Source of the DNA: Mobula hypostoma
Lineage: Eukaryota
Reading direction: 5' to 3'
Assembly: GCF_963921235.1 (NCBI RefSeq)
Contig: NC_086106.1
Location: 23,188,001 to 23,252,000, forward strand
DNA length: 64,000 nucleotides
The position numbers and the translations under genes are program-made. The notes beneath the pieces were generated by a model, which had not been told where the DNA came from, searched no databases, and saw only the letters and a program-made list of their open reading frames with translations. This document shows positions 26,295-37,599 of the stretch, piece after piece; position 1 is the stretch's first letter, and each line of letters opens with the position of its first letter.

Positions 26295-27117
26295 TTATGC
26301 GCTGCAGATATATGCCGCGGCAACCGTACCTTTATTAACAGAATTCCCGCAGAAACACTAGGTAGCTTCTTAGAAATAATGCAATAAGGACCAACTAAAT
26401 GCCAATAGCAATCTTATGTCTCACACATCCATGTTCCCTCTGCCTTGTGGATCGGAAGTAACCCCGGGTGTTGTAGGATTTCATAGGATTTCAAGGCAAC
26501 AGAATTTAAAATAATGTGTTACTGCACCGGAGAAAAGTAATATCACCAGAATCACTGCATCCACTTCAGTTATTCAGGTATGTTTTGAGCGAAATAACTT
26601 ACACATGATCATGGAGGCCGACACAATAAGAGAAGACATAGATACAGAAAGCTGCCCGTAAACGGCCAGTGACATTATGAATGAAATAAATCACCCAGCT
26701 TGTGAACGACTCGACGCACCCCTATCAGAATGGAGATGAGATGGTCTCCAAATCGGGATCGCCACCTCGAAGTACTTCGCCATTATGAATGAGGCTGGAG
26801 AAAAGAGCTAGAGCTCAATAAGGAGAGAGAAAGAGAGAGAAAGATTCAGTGTTAGGACGAAAGTTACGTAAGAATGTCATCGCACACATTTGTCTTGCCG
26901 TGTTAATGCATATTTCTCAAAAGGAATGCGAGAGCACAGGATATACATCTCACTGCGACATTGGAAGGACGGTGCGGTTACACCATTGCTGAATCTTCAC
27001 AGAAGAAGGTGAAGGAAATTTAAGCAGTTAGTCTTGGTGGTGGGAAACCACAATCTGAAAAGGAGTATAAATATATATGCAGCTGCAGAGCTCAGAGCAT
27101 GGATTCTACAATAAGTG

Positions 27118-27156
27118 AATTTTTGTACGAGCATTTAACTGGAATATATCACTGTG
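27118..27156 (-). promoter_or_regulatory. 23-RSS of the intact V segment
   Basis: CACAGTG (27150-27156), 23-nt spacer (27127-27149), ACAAAAATT (27118-27126). Confidence 0.97.
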
Positions 27157-27608
27157 CGGCGAGCGCGCAGTAATAAACTGCAGAGTCACTCATTTGCAGC
27201 TTTGAGATAGCGATATTAAATAATCTTCTTCCCTCGTCCAGAGAGATGTTGAAACGTGCTTTGGCAAAATCGGCTATACCTTCTCTTCCACCAGAATATT
27301 TGTACAGTATGTACTCAAGACTTTGTTCTGGCTTTTGTCGGTACCAATATAAATAATAGTTGCTGAATGTCGTATCATAGGTGCAATTCAACGTCACAGA
27401 CTCCTCTTCTGTCTTCAATGCCCGTGACATTTTCTGAGAGACGGAGTTTCCAAGACTCGTATCTAAAATATAATGTCAAAAATGAAATGTTATATTGTCG
27501 TGTTATTTTTAGTCCAGAATTCAGCGTCGAGAAGGCTTATGAGATGTTAGGTGCGTACAAACCAGTTAACAATGCTCCACACACAATCCAGATGACGAAC
27601 CACCACAT
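27157..27608 (-). CDS. Intact T-cell receptor alpha/delta-type V gene segment (leader exon 27563-27608, V exon 27157-27462)
   Basis: Leader MWWFVIWIVCGALLT plus G|GT donor. 100-nt intron ending TTTTAG. V exon DTSLGNSVSQ..VTLNC..LYWYRQKP..RFNISL..SDSAVYYCALA, with no stops. 23-RSS follows. Confidence 0.95.
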
Positions 27609-28011
27609 CTTATTCATAAACGATGCGTTAAGTGATTTTCACCTCAACGAATTTTCGCTAGTCGTCAAGAAGTTCCAATTCTGCTGTTTAAGTGAAGGTG
27701 CATTTAATATAATGGGCAAAAAATTAAAACACCCAATCGGAATGCGGCCTATTGACACAAGCTCCGCCTATTGCTCCCGATGCGGCAAGTGCCATGTACC
27801 TCACGGAAAAAGCGTCACGGTCTTTTTTTATAGCACGAAAACATGCCGTGAACAGAGGGTAAGAAGAAGACAGGCTAACTCGTTACATGCAGAAAAAAAA
27901 AGATTTTATTGAGAAGATTGAGAGAGAATAAATGATTAGGGGACGGAGTAATGTATACAGAATGTCTGTGTGCGTCGGTCTGCGTATGTTTCTGTGCGTC
28001 TGTATGTGGCA

Positions 28012-28022
28012 GAGACAGAGGC

Positions 28023-28053
<31 letters not shown>

Positions 28054-28057
28054 GAGA
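28012..28057. repeat. (GA)n microsatellite ~400 bp upstream of the V leader
   Basis: Direct reading. Confidence 0.9.
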
Positions 28058-28730
28058 TATTCTGATATTCTGAATATATGTGTGGAATGCAAGAGAAAGA
28101 CGATAGAATATTTTGATGATGAAAAACACCATATGATAATTTTATACTGGTTAGAAGCAAGCAGAGAAGGAGAAAGATAAAACTAGATTATCGAAGAAGT
28201 AACATATGACTGAAGAGAGTTCCTACACCAGTTTACCAACGTCGCATCAGATAATATAATCCCTGGCTTCATCATGATGGCGACTTCCTCAAGTAAATTA
28301 GATGTTTCAGAATATGTAACGAAGTTTCCTTATCTCTGTTGACCCGTTCCCGGACTGAGACAGCCCTCTGACGACATAGACCCGCAGCTCTAGAAATGAC
28401 ATTTTCCGTGGTACAGTCGATCGACATGCCAAAGAGGTGTATGGTGGACATCTAAAAGTGAGCTTCTTGCCGAATTTTAGAAAAAAAAACACCGATAAGT
28501 ACAAGGATGAATCTCAGACGGAGGTCGGTTCCTGAGACATGTAAACTAGAGGAAGCATCTCGCGGCGTTCCGAAGTGACAAACAATGCTAAAATAAATTG
28601 ATCGGGTCACTGAGCGACTGCAGTTCTGTATGATAGAGCTATTGGCCCGTATTATTAAGCATAATTTTCTCAGCATCTCGGTTTCTATCCTTTCGCACTT
28701 TCAATTGCTACTTCATTCGTTGCACATCTG

Positions 28731-28859
28731 NNNNNNNNNNNNNNNNNNNNNNNNNNNNNNNNNNNNNNNNNNNNNNNNNNNNNNNNNNNNNNNNNNNNNN
28801 NNNNNNNNNNNNNNNNNNNNNNNNNNNNNNNNNNNNNNNNNNNNNNNNNNNNNNNNNNN
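28731..28859. other. Assembly gap (129 N)
   Basis: Run of n. Confidence 1.
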
Positions 28860-29289
28860 GTGTGTGCTCACATTTTGCCATTCTTCATTCGCTGTCTCTT
28901 TGATTTTTAAATGCTATTAGAGTTTAGCAACACCCAGGGCAGAGTTGTGGGCCTACTTGCCACAATAGGTTGGCTGCGATGGCGTGCAGATATACAGTGC
29001 AGTACCAGAGAGGGACCAGGAAATATTTAAATGTAATCCTTCGATCTTTCTACGGCTCAGCATAAAACCTGTCCTGACATCCTGGACACTATTTGACTGA
29101 CCCAGCGTTTTGCGCCAGAGACGATTCTTGCTCCTCGCTTAAAATAGACGCCTGAATTTTCGACAAACCAGGAGGGTATGAAACCTACGGTGCAAATACT
29201 GCCCATTTTTTACAGAATCTCACTGGGCGGCGCAGCCAATTTGGCTTTAGGAAGCACAAAGAATGAATGCTGTGCAGCTATATATTACT

Positions 29290-29830
29290 CATTCTGCTTC
29301 CCGTTCTCTCCATTTCGCTAACACTGTCTCTTCCCTTCTCTATTTCTATCTCTGTCAGTATCCCTGTATATCACATTGATTATCTATACTCCCTTTCTAT
29401 CTCTATCACTCTCGTTTCTTTCTCGCTCCATGTCCGCCATATTCTGGCCATCCATGTCTCCCCATTTACTATTGTCTCTTTCTGTTTCTTTGATATGTGG
29501 GTCATTTTTAATTTTATTTTTAATTAGGGATTCTCTCTTTCCTCCCCACCAACTCTCGCTTCACGCTTTCTTTCTCTCCATCTCTCTCGTCATCTTTATT
29601 ATCCTCCCTCACTCTGTTATTCTCAGTGCCTTTCAATACTGCCACTCCATCCACCTGTCCTTCTCTTCTTCTGTCTCGCTGATAGTCCGCTGCATATCTC
29701 TGTGTAATTGTTTTATTTCTATTGCTTCCCCTCTCACTTCCCCTCACTCGCCTTGCACTCTTTGTGCTTGTGAGTGTGCTTATGTATTATCATCTCCCGT
29801 CCTTATCCTTACCTCTCCCGTTTTTCCTTT
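29290..29830. repeat. Pyrimidine-rich low-complexity tract
   Basis: About 540 bp of decayed CT/TC repeats. The ORFs here are low-complexity artefacts. Confidence 0.75.
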
Positions 29831-31227
29831 GCGTCTGCTACTCCGACAATCCTACAGGTATTAGTTTCACAACATAGAAGTTCTCCCTATAAGAGTTTCC
29901 TAACGATAGGATATTAAACTGACGTTGACCCCTCCAGTGTGTGTTTTCCTGTCTGTCTCTTTGTTCTCTCCCTTTAAAAAGCCTCTCTTCCCTCTCTAGC
30001 ACATGTTTTCTCTCAGTCTATCCACAAACGCCACAGAGGCTAGTGATTAGCACGACTCGACAATTGTTCTCGTCATTTTGAAGTTCGTAGTTCAATTCCA
30101 GAGCTGTGTTGCAAACAGACTTCACCGTGGAATACGCGGAATTTCCCCAGATATTCAAGTTTCATTAACTGGAAAATGTCAATTGTTCCATGATTAGCTG
30201 GAGATGATCCCTTTTGTCGATGGTTGAAGGGACGGTGCAGCTGAAGGGTTGTTAGGCCCTTCTCTGCGCTGTGTCGCTACAATTGAAAAAAAAAACACAT
30301 TCAGAATAAACCAATCTTGCATTATATATAAAAACAATTTTATCAGCGACTGGCCCCGAAAGTAACAGATTTCACGTGCAAATCTGCTTTGCCAGAGTTT
30401 TATTTTTAGCTAATTCTTTTCTGGATCGTTCGAGAAGATGGCACATTAAATATAATTGTCTGCATAGAAAGGTCTCACCAACTCATTTCCAATCTTACTT
30501 TAGCTGTTTCCCGATATATAGTAGGGAAAGTAATGATTCCAAGCAATTGTTGCCAGTTCGAAAGTTCCAAATGACTGTCATTTTCGCCGGAATGGAAAGT
30601 TCAGTAGAGCGCACTCTGCAACAATTAGATTGGCCTCATCTCTTCTGCGATAATATGGGCCCCATATACTACTGACGCACTACAGAGAAATGAGGACGAA
30701 ATTGATTGGACATGATTCCTGGCAGTCTGTTCGGTAAATTCTGACAGGGATGGCGTTCACCGCCAGAATGCACAACCTCATTCTCCCCGTTCTTCTCTCG
30801 TGATCTCTAATCTTGTGAATTGATCTGAAGTGTGTTATTCTCCAGAATAATTTCATGAAAACTGAAAAAAAAAACCCTATGGACTGTTTAAGCTATGTTA
30901 TTCAACTGTTGCGCTCAAGGAAGTCAAAGAACAAGGGTCAGTGCTCGTAGGAATGATGACAATTATCTGTGAAGCGAAGTCCTGTGTTTACAGTAACAGC
31001 TTTTCCATCATTGGCGACTTTTTTTGATTCCTTCTAATTCAGAACAGGATCACGTCACCCTAATGATTTTTTTTTTATGCTCCGCCATGATGGTCGTGCA
31101 GCTATACGCCATCTACAGATTTTGTGAGTGATGCTGTGGAAATGATGCAAATTAAATGAACATGAAAGCAATCAAATACGAACTCTCGCTACCAACTAAA
31201 CCATCCATACCTGCTCTGCTACCCAGA

Positions 31228-31799
31228 TGTTGTTCGTCCATCGTCGACGTAGATGGGGACCTCGACACCATTATGATGGTGTTGATACTGGCGCTGATTT
31301 GGATTTAAGTTACGGAGAATTGTGCAGCGTCCGCCTCACTCTCTCTTCCGAATTTGCATCTGGATCAAGTGACAATACAGAGTCGGGACAGCTGGACATA
31401 GGACTGGACGCAGTGGATGGCCGGGACGTCTTATGTGTCTTGTCCTGCTTTACACGTTCCACAACTTTGGCAGATTTCCGCTTTCTTGACCGTTGGACCT
31501 TCCATTGGTCACGACCGATCAATTTGCCGGAGTCTGTCTTCACATGCTGGGATAGACAACTCCCTATCTCACCGAGAGTTTGCGACCAGTCGGCTACCCC
31601 CACCTAGTTTAGCCGGCTTGTCGACGCCGTTGCCAGGGGTATGACCACTGTCGCATGCAAACAGCTACTGGGAGCCACAGGTGCAATCTGAGTGTCAGTT
31701 GGGGACCAAAGCTGGAGTAGACGCCTTGAAATGAACGCGACATGTCCCCCCCCCCACAGAGGTGCTACCCCTCCCTGACACCCCATACCCATACACCCC
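31228..31799 (-). mobile_element. Short non-coding retroposon-like element headed by a predicted HDV-like ribozyme
   Basis: GC-rich block, ribozyme fold at the 5' end, 10-bp hairpin near the 3' end (31262-31285). No Pol III A/B boxes seen. Partner family not established. Confidence 0.55.
31601..31772 (-). ncRNA. Predicted HDV-like self-cleaving ribozyme
   Basis: P1 AGGGGUA/UACCCCU; P2 CACCUGU/AC(U)AGGUG; P3 GGC/GUC; L3 UCC...G; P1.1 CC/GG; P4 CGGCGU-cgac-AAGCCG; J4/2 GCUAA with putative catalytic C at 31612. All elements are in nested double-pseudoknot order. Confidence 0.7.
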
Positions 31800-31949
31800 A
31801 CTACCCACATACGACACAGCGACACACCCTTCGAATAATTGTTCCTTGCAGAGGGTGTTGAAAGATTTTTTTTCTCTGAAAGAAACAGGGGCAGCACGGA
31901 ACAGAATACTGTTTGAAATATAATTACTGGCTACATCTGTCCCAAGGAC

Positions 31950-34620
31950 ACTAATGTTTATATTTTGTTAAAAAAAAATCACCATGGATCTTCTCAGCCA
32001 GAAAACATTTGGCACCCTATCCAGCTAAAAGCAGGAGCTGTAAGTGTTTCAACGGGTATCACACAGCGATCCCCTTAGAAATCAGGGGCTAGAATTCAAT
32101 CCAGTATTGTCCCAAGCAAAAATCAAAGCAACATTGCTAATCTTGGTGGACCCAACGTGAAAGGAGGTCCAGAATATCATCAAGAAGGCCAGGTCATCAG
32201 CCGCTTCACTACCTAGCGATAGAAGCTACCATTTGTATAGTAAATGTCCGCAGATCTTCCGGTGTTTGTTGAAGCCAATGGCGAAGATTTGGATAAGTCT
32301 CCAACCCGCCAATCTGGAAAATTGTTGAAGGATGCTTTGTCCCAAAGGAACAAATTCCTCCATAGTAATCCCGCTTATGACAATCTCCATTCTCACCAAG
32401 AATTGCAAGATATTCACCTCGGTGCCTGCATGAAAGCTGGCTCTTTCTTGGTGGAGAACCACTGTTTCATTACCTCCACCCAGAAATGTGATATCCCATT
32501 TTTTTTTTTCCGTGTCCATGCACAGATCTCAATAATCAGCCAATTGATTCGCTAGGCCAGACGACAGAAAGATAAACTAACATTCGTCGGGTTGTCCCTC
32601 GTGATCCCCTGCAGATTAACAATACAAGTCCTCATCCAGACAGGTCTGGTCCACGACTATATCCCGGCAGTAACGAGAGACATAATTATAGGCTGCCTTG
32701 GAGGATTCATCTGCGCTTCAATTCAGCTTCCTTTACCACCAGATTGGAAGACTTCTCAAAAGGGATTCCGATCGGCTGCACAATGTTCTCGATCGTGTTT
32801 GTCATGGTTTTGAATCCTCTCATATCAGCAGCAGCAGACGTAACTCGTGACCCAGTCTTGGAGCCCGGCATCGGACAACCTGCAATGCGGACATTCACAG
32901 ATCACATCACAATAATCACTGTAAACCATGTCCATGCTAGATGGGTGTTAGAAACACTGGACAACGTAGCTAGCAGGGATAGGATGACTATATGGCTACT
33001 TGGCGGGCCAAGAAGTCCAGATGCGTGGTGACCAAAAAATGCTAGGTTACTAGCAAATTCAATCATCAGGTATGGGCAGGACTTCCTTCCATCCATTAAG
33101 GGCAACTCAGTGAAACGTCTTCGAATGCAGTTTAGTACAGCAATAACGGACAGCATCAGTATCATCGACACAGTAAAGCAGAGCGACTAGTGTCTGAGGA
33201 AGATCTATTCAACCGTAGATTCATGACATGGCCGTAATAACATGACATTCTCCATGCCTGTTCTGCATTTTCCCGCTGTGAGGGATCCCCATGATCACTG
33301 TAGAATGCACGGAGAGGGAAGTCAACAAGCACCTGAAGAGGAGGCTGGGTATTCCCCCAACGTTTATTTAGTGGGGCTCTACGTAAGATCAGGCCAGCGA
33401 CAGCTCCCGTTGTAATCGGTAGTGGAGGAGTTCAAGGTGAAAACGTGTAGAGTTCTGTTAGCATTTGGGGACACCAATATCAAGGTAATAAACCAAGAAA
33501 GATCCACACCAAGTTCGGGCCGAAAGTGGGCCGCCAACCCGGTCATAGACAAGGCAGTGAGCATTCAGAAATTCAGATATATCTTCAACAACCCATTCCG
33601 GTGTCGGCAAAGCTCGAATATGCAAACTTCCCACAATGCGGCATTGCAAGTGCACGGAATTGGAGTGACATGACCCATGCAGAGATACGGAACCCCGAGG
33701 ACGGAAAACGTTTATCAAGGACAGAAGTATTGGCCTCACTGGAGGCCTGGACGAAATAGGGCTAGGTTGGAAAATGGAGTCCTTCGGTACATATTTCCAG
33801 CCAGCGTCAATACATGACAGTTTCCTTCCAGTATCACAGCTGCACGCATGGTCATCAGAGAGCACCACAACTGCAAAATTGAGGTCTGCGGGATTTACTG
33901 ACACAGTGTATAACAAGACTCAAAATATCTTCAACACAAGACGGTATTGAGGAACACCCCGGCAAAGTCCCGCTGCCCCGTGCTAACATATGCAACGGCA
34001 GACGTGAGAAACCAGATGGCGGAGTGGCAAATAGAGCAGTCGTTTTCATCAAGCAGAGGCCCGGCCAGTGCTATCAAAGAAGCTTACATCCAATCTGCTA
34101 CAAACTGCCAAATAATAGGAGAGGAAGGTTGATGTGGCGAGGAAGCTGAACTGCACCGATGTAGTGCAAACCAGAGATCGTACTATGGTCCACTAAAGAC
34201 AACAACAACAACAACAACAACAACAAAACAAACAAACAAACAAAAAAACAACAACGTCTGGTGGAGATCATACTACCATGGCAGCAAGGATACGAGGAGG
34301 CTCACCAGAGGTAGGCCCTGAAGTACCAGTGCTTACTCTGGGTGCGTACGGGCAAACGTTGTCAGCCACATGTGTTCCCGCTGGAAGTCAGCTTTAGAGG
34401 ATCCCCGACAAGGTCGCTTGGAAATTACCGTCTGCGCTGGGCCTTGATGAAAAGACCAAGAGCCAAGCAGACGTGAAGTGGAAATCTTGAAGTTAGGAGC
34501 TCCTGGTCAGTGACTTGCTGACCCGCCAGCTAAAGAGTGTCGTAGTTAAAGGTAGAAAGACTCTATGAAGGTTGGGCGCCACCTGACGACATCTGCTCCT
34601 GACCAAAGGCTACGGTTACC
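31950..34620 (+). mobile_element. Degenerate HERO-type (R2-group, restriction-like endonuclease) non-LTR retrotransposon
   Basis: EVQNIIKKARSS..KCPQI (~32160-32260). KGIPIGCTMFSIVF..MRTFTDHITI (32744-33031). EEFKVK..GRKWAA (33422-). Decayed CCHC region ~33780-33960. KPEIVLWS..LVEIILPW..EEAHQR..KY..FPLEV RLE (~34170-34400). Confidence 0.8.
34200..34255. repeat. (CAA)n/(CAAA)n microsatellite inside the HERO RLE coding region
   Basis: Direct reading. Confidence 0.9.
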
Positions 34621-35109
34621 TCAGCAGATAACGGAAGAGCGTATCCGGTGAGAATCACCGGTGGTTTTATCGGCATCAGTATAGTGAATGGGTGGAGGAC
34701 TGGGTGCGTCATATAATTAGAGGTATGCTATAAAAAGGCACACGTGGCTGGTTGGTCACAGTGAGCTGTACGGCACCTGCATGTATCGCCTAGCGCGCTA
34801 GATAGCCCTGACACAAGCTGAGCCAAGTATATTTTTGATCATAATACGCAAAGGCTCACAGGTGTTAACGGACCTCGTGCAGAGGGAATTAGAAGAAGAC
34901 TGACGAGAAGAGAATCACCGTGTACGATCGAAATTCAGATGGCAGAACGGCCAAAATGATATTTGTGTTCGTTATAACAGAGGAAATGGGCAGTACTACC
35001 TAGCTGACATCACTCAAATCTTGCACAGACCCCCAGTCATCTGGCCTATCTGCATCTGGGGTTTGAAATATTGTGCATAAAATGGGAAAGTCTTCAGATG
35101 ATTTGTCAT

Positions 35110-35449
35110 TATACAAATATATACATATATATACAAACATACAAATATATAGATAGGCAAGCGTTAGTTTCGTGAGACCATGGATTTGCGCCTTTGAAGG
35201 TTTCCCGGGCGCAGGCATGGGCAAGATTGTATGGAAGACCGGCAGTTGACAATGCTGCAAGTCTCCCCTCTCCACGCCACCGCTGTTGTCCAAGGGAAGG
35301 GCACTAGAGCCGATACAGCTTGGTACCGGTGTCGTCGCAGAACAATGTGTGATTAAGTGCCTTGCACAAGAACACAACCCGCTGCCTGAGCTGAGGCTCG
35401 AACTAACGACCTTCAGATCACTAGAACGACGCCTTAACCATTTGGACAC
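35110..35449 (-). mobile_element. tRNA-derived SINE with TA-rich tail
   Basis: A-box-like GTGTCCAAATGG (35438-35449), B box GTTCGAGCC (35395-35403). Body homologous to 43048-43278. Confidence 0.85.
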
Positions 35450-37599
35450 TTTCAATTGGCCTTATATTAGTGATGCCAGACAGAACGATGTGCGGAATGT
35501 TCGATTTTAAACGTTTCACTATCTGCCTCAAATATCTTGGCTTGGAGTGGGGCTTTACTCCCAGCGATACTTGTGGTACGGTGTAGTGCCCATTCAGGTA
35601 GGAATTAATAAGAGGAGGGGAATGTTGACTGTCGTCGGCTATCCCATTTGCACAAGCAGTCGCTATGGCGACTGGTTCTCATTCCATACGGCTCTCGCTT
35701 TGTCCTGCAACTGCTCACCAGACTGTACTCTCTCGACGTGCGACGGCGTGTTCACCGCTACACCTTGTGGAATGTCCGTAGATTGTGACAGCTCATGTTT
35801 CACAGGAGGTGAAGCATCCCTTGTAATCGAGGCACCGAATGGGGAATTACGTTCACGTGAGAGAAGATATTTCGTGGAATAGGGTTGAGTGAATTGACTT
35901 TTTCGTCGCAGCTGCCGGGCTCCATGTTGCACGGTGGCCGTGCCAAATATTACTATTTCCATAACAGGAAATTCTAGCAGCCCGTCTTCTAGAATTTTGG
36001 GATGGAATCCAGCCGGGGGAGTAAGAGTAAGGGGGTGAGGTGGATCTGCTACTATTTTTGTATTTTGCGTTCTCCATTTTAGGATTAGGTTTTGGTGGCT
36101 ATGTATTTTGGCCAGTTCTTCCAATTTATGGTGTTACCACATACTGTATTCCAAAATTCATTTCGCCCCCCTATCATTGCATTTCGTCGTACTCTTCCAG
36201 TAACGAAAATTCTTCAGCCAAATGAACTTACACAGGGCCATTCTCCGTGGATTCACGCGTGTGAATACGAGAAATAATCAATCACATACCTGACATCTCC
36301 TATTTCCAGTCAAGCCCTGTCCGACTGGAGGCCCTGTTGTACTAGATGGTGAGCCAGAAGTTCCTTCGTCTTACTGTACTCTTTTACGCTTTGCCCAGTA
36401 GGTTTGTTCATCGGAGCCTTTTCGGTTGATCGGCAGGCTTTCGGGTTGTGTCTCTTCCCTTCGGCATATCACTGTTGGCTTTTCCTCACTTACTTTCAGT
36501 GCTATCCATTTATTCACTTTGAGTTGCAGATGAATCAGTAATAAAATGTATTTGTTAATCACAATACAATTGTCTTACCTGGTTCTGGCCAGATATCTGT
36601 CTTAAACTCCCTATTACCCTTTAATTTGACTATAAATTGCACCCGCTGTTTTCCATTCGCCATCTTGAACGGAGGATAGGGGTGGTCACCGGCGGGGAAA
36701 ACCTTCACCGGTTTGCCCTATTGGTCTCGGCTCTCCTCGAGAGTCACAGCAGCTCTCGGTCAACGGAAGAATTTTCCAATCGCAACTCATGTTATTACAG
36801 ATATGTATTATCTCTGGGTTTCGTTTGGATCCTTATATCAACAGGGATTCCTTCCTCTTCGCCCAATTTTTAGGGAGGGTAATCGGAAAAAGAAGTTCGA
36901 TGAAGGTTACTCACAATTAAAATGGACACTAACGTCGAGGTGAAGAGAACCTTACTCAGAACATCATATGCAGTTCAGGTTCCAACAATGTGTTTCCTGC
37001 TCCAAATAATATACTGAGCACAGTTCATTTCATGCATCTACAATTCATTTGCAGAAACAAAGCCTGTTCGACTAGCGTCATGACTTAAAAAAGGTAACAG
37101 GTTTACAGCCAAAAATTTAAAATGCTGTTCTGTGTACAGCTTTGCATTATTTTGGGGCAATGGATAATGTAAACTTGCATAAGACCAATTGATAGCGAGA
37201 AATTAATGGGGGAATCTATCAGTTTGATCGTTTGTATTACGCTCAGCCATATTTTACGAAACTGTGTTTTCCCTTTTAAACTAACCAGGAAAGTTTTTTT
37301 TTCTCATTCATTTTGAACAGTAGCATTGTTAAGGGGAAAGAGGCTCACAGGATTGGTAATTTGGACAGAAAATACTCACTGCGAATAGGCACATTAACCA
37401 TTATTTTGCAGAAAAAAAAACAGAAGTATCATTCGATTAAATATCTATGTCAAACAGATACTCAATTGACGCCACCCTTCAATCGCTCTGACACTAAGAA
37501 TTTATTAGCAACTGAAAATCATCGGGTTCATCACTATGCCTCGATAAATTACACATCCACAGCTAAACACTCAACAGAAACCCAGTGAGCGTGCGCATT

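Noticed and set aside
30376-30690. Plus-strand ORF ending ..GPIYY* with a Cys 72 codons upstream, matching V-domain Cys spacing
   Set aside because: No WYxQ, the DxAxYYC register is wrong, no heptamer/nonamer follows, and there is no leader.
31145-31152. Octamer ATGCAAAT (also 55920-55927)
   Set aside because: No Ig leader or V exon nearby. About this many are expected by chance in 64 kb.
34550-34600. GAAA...CTGACGA in the HERO 3' region as a possible type II hammerhead
   Set aside because: GAAAC is not intact, stem II cannot close, and there is no UH triplet in position.
35395-35449. tRNA gene
   Set aside because: A/B boxes are present but there is no complete cloverleaf. The sequence continues into a SINE body that recurs at 43048-43278.
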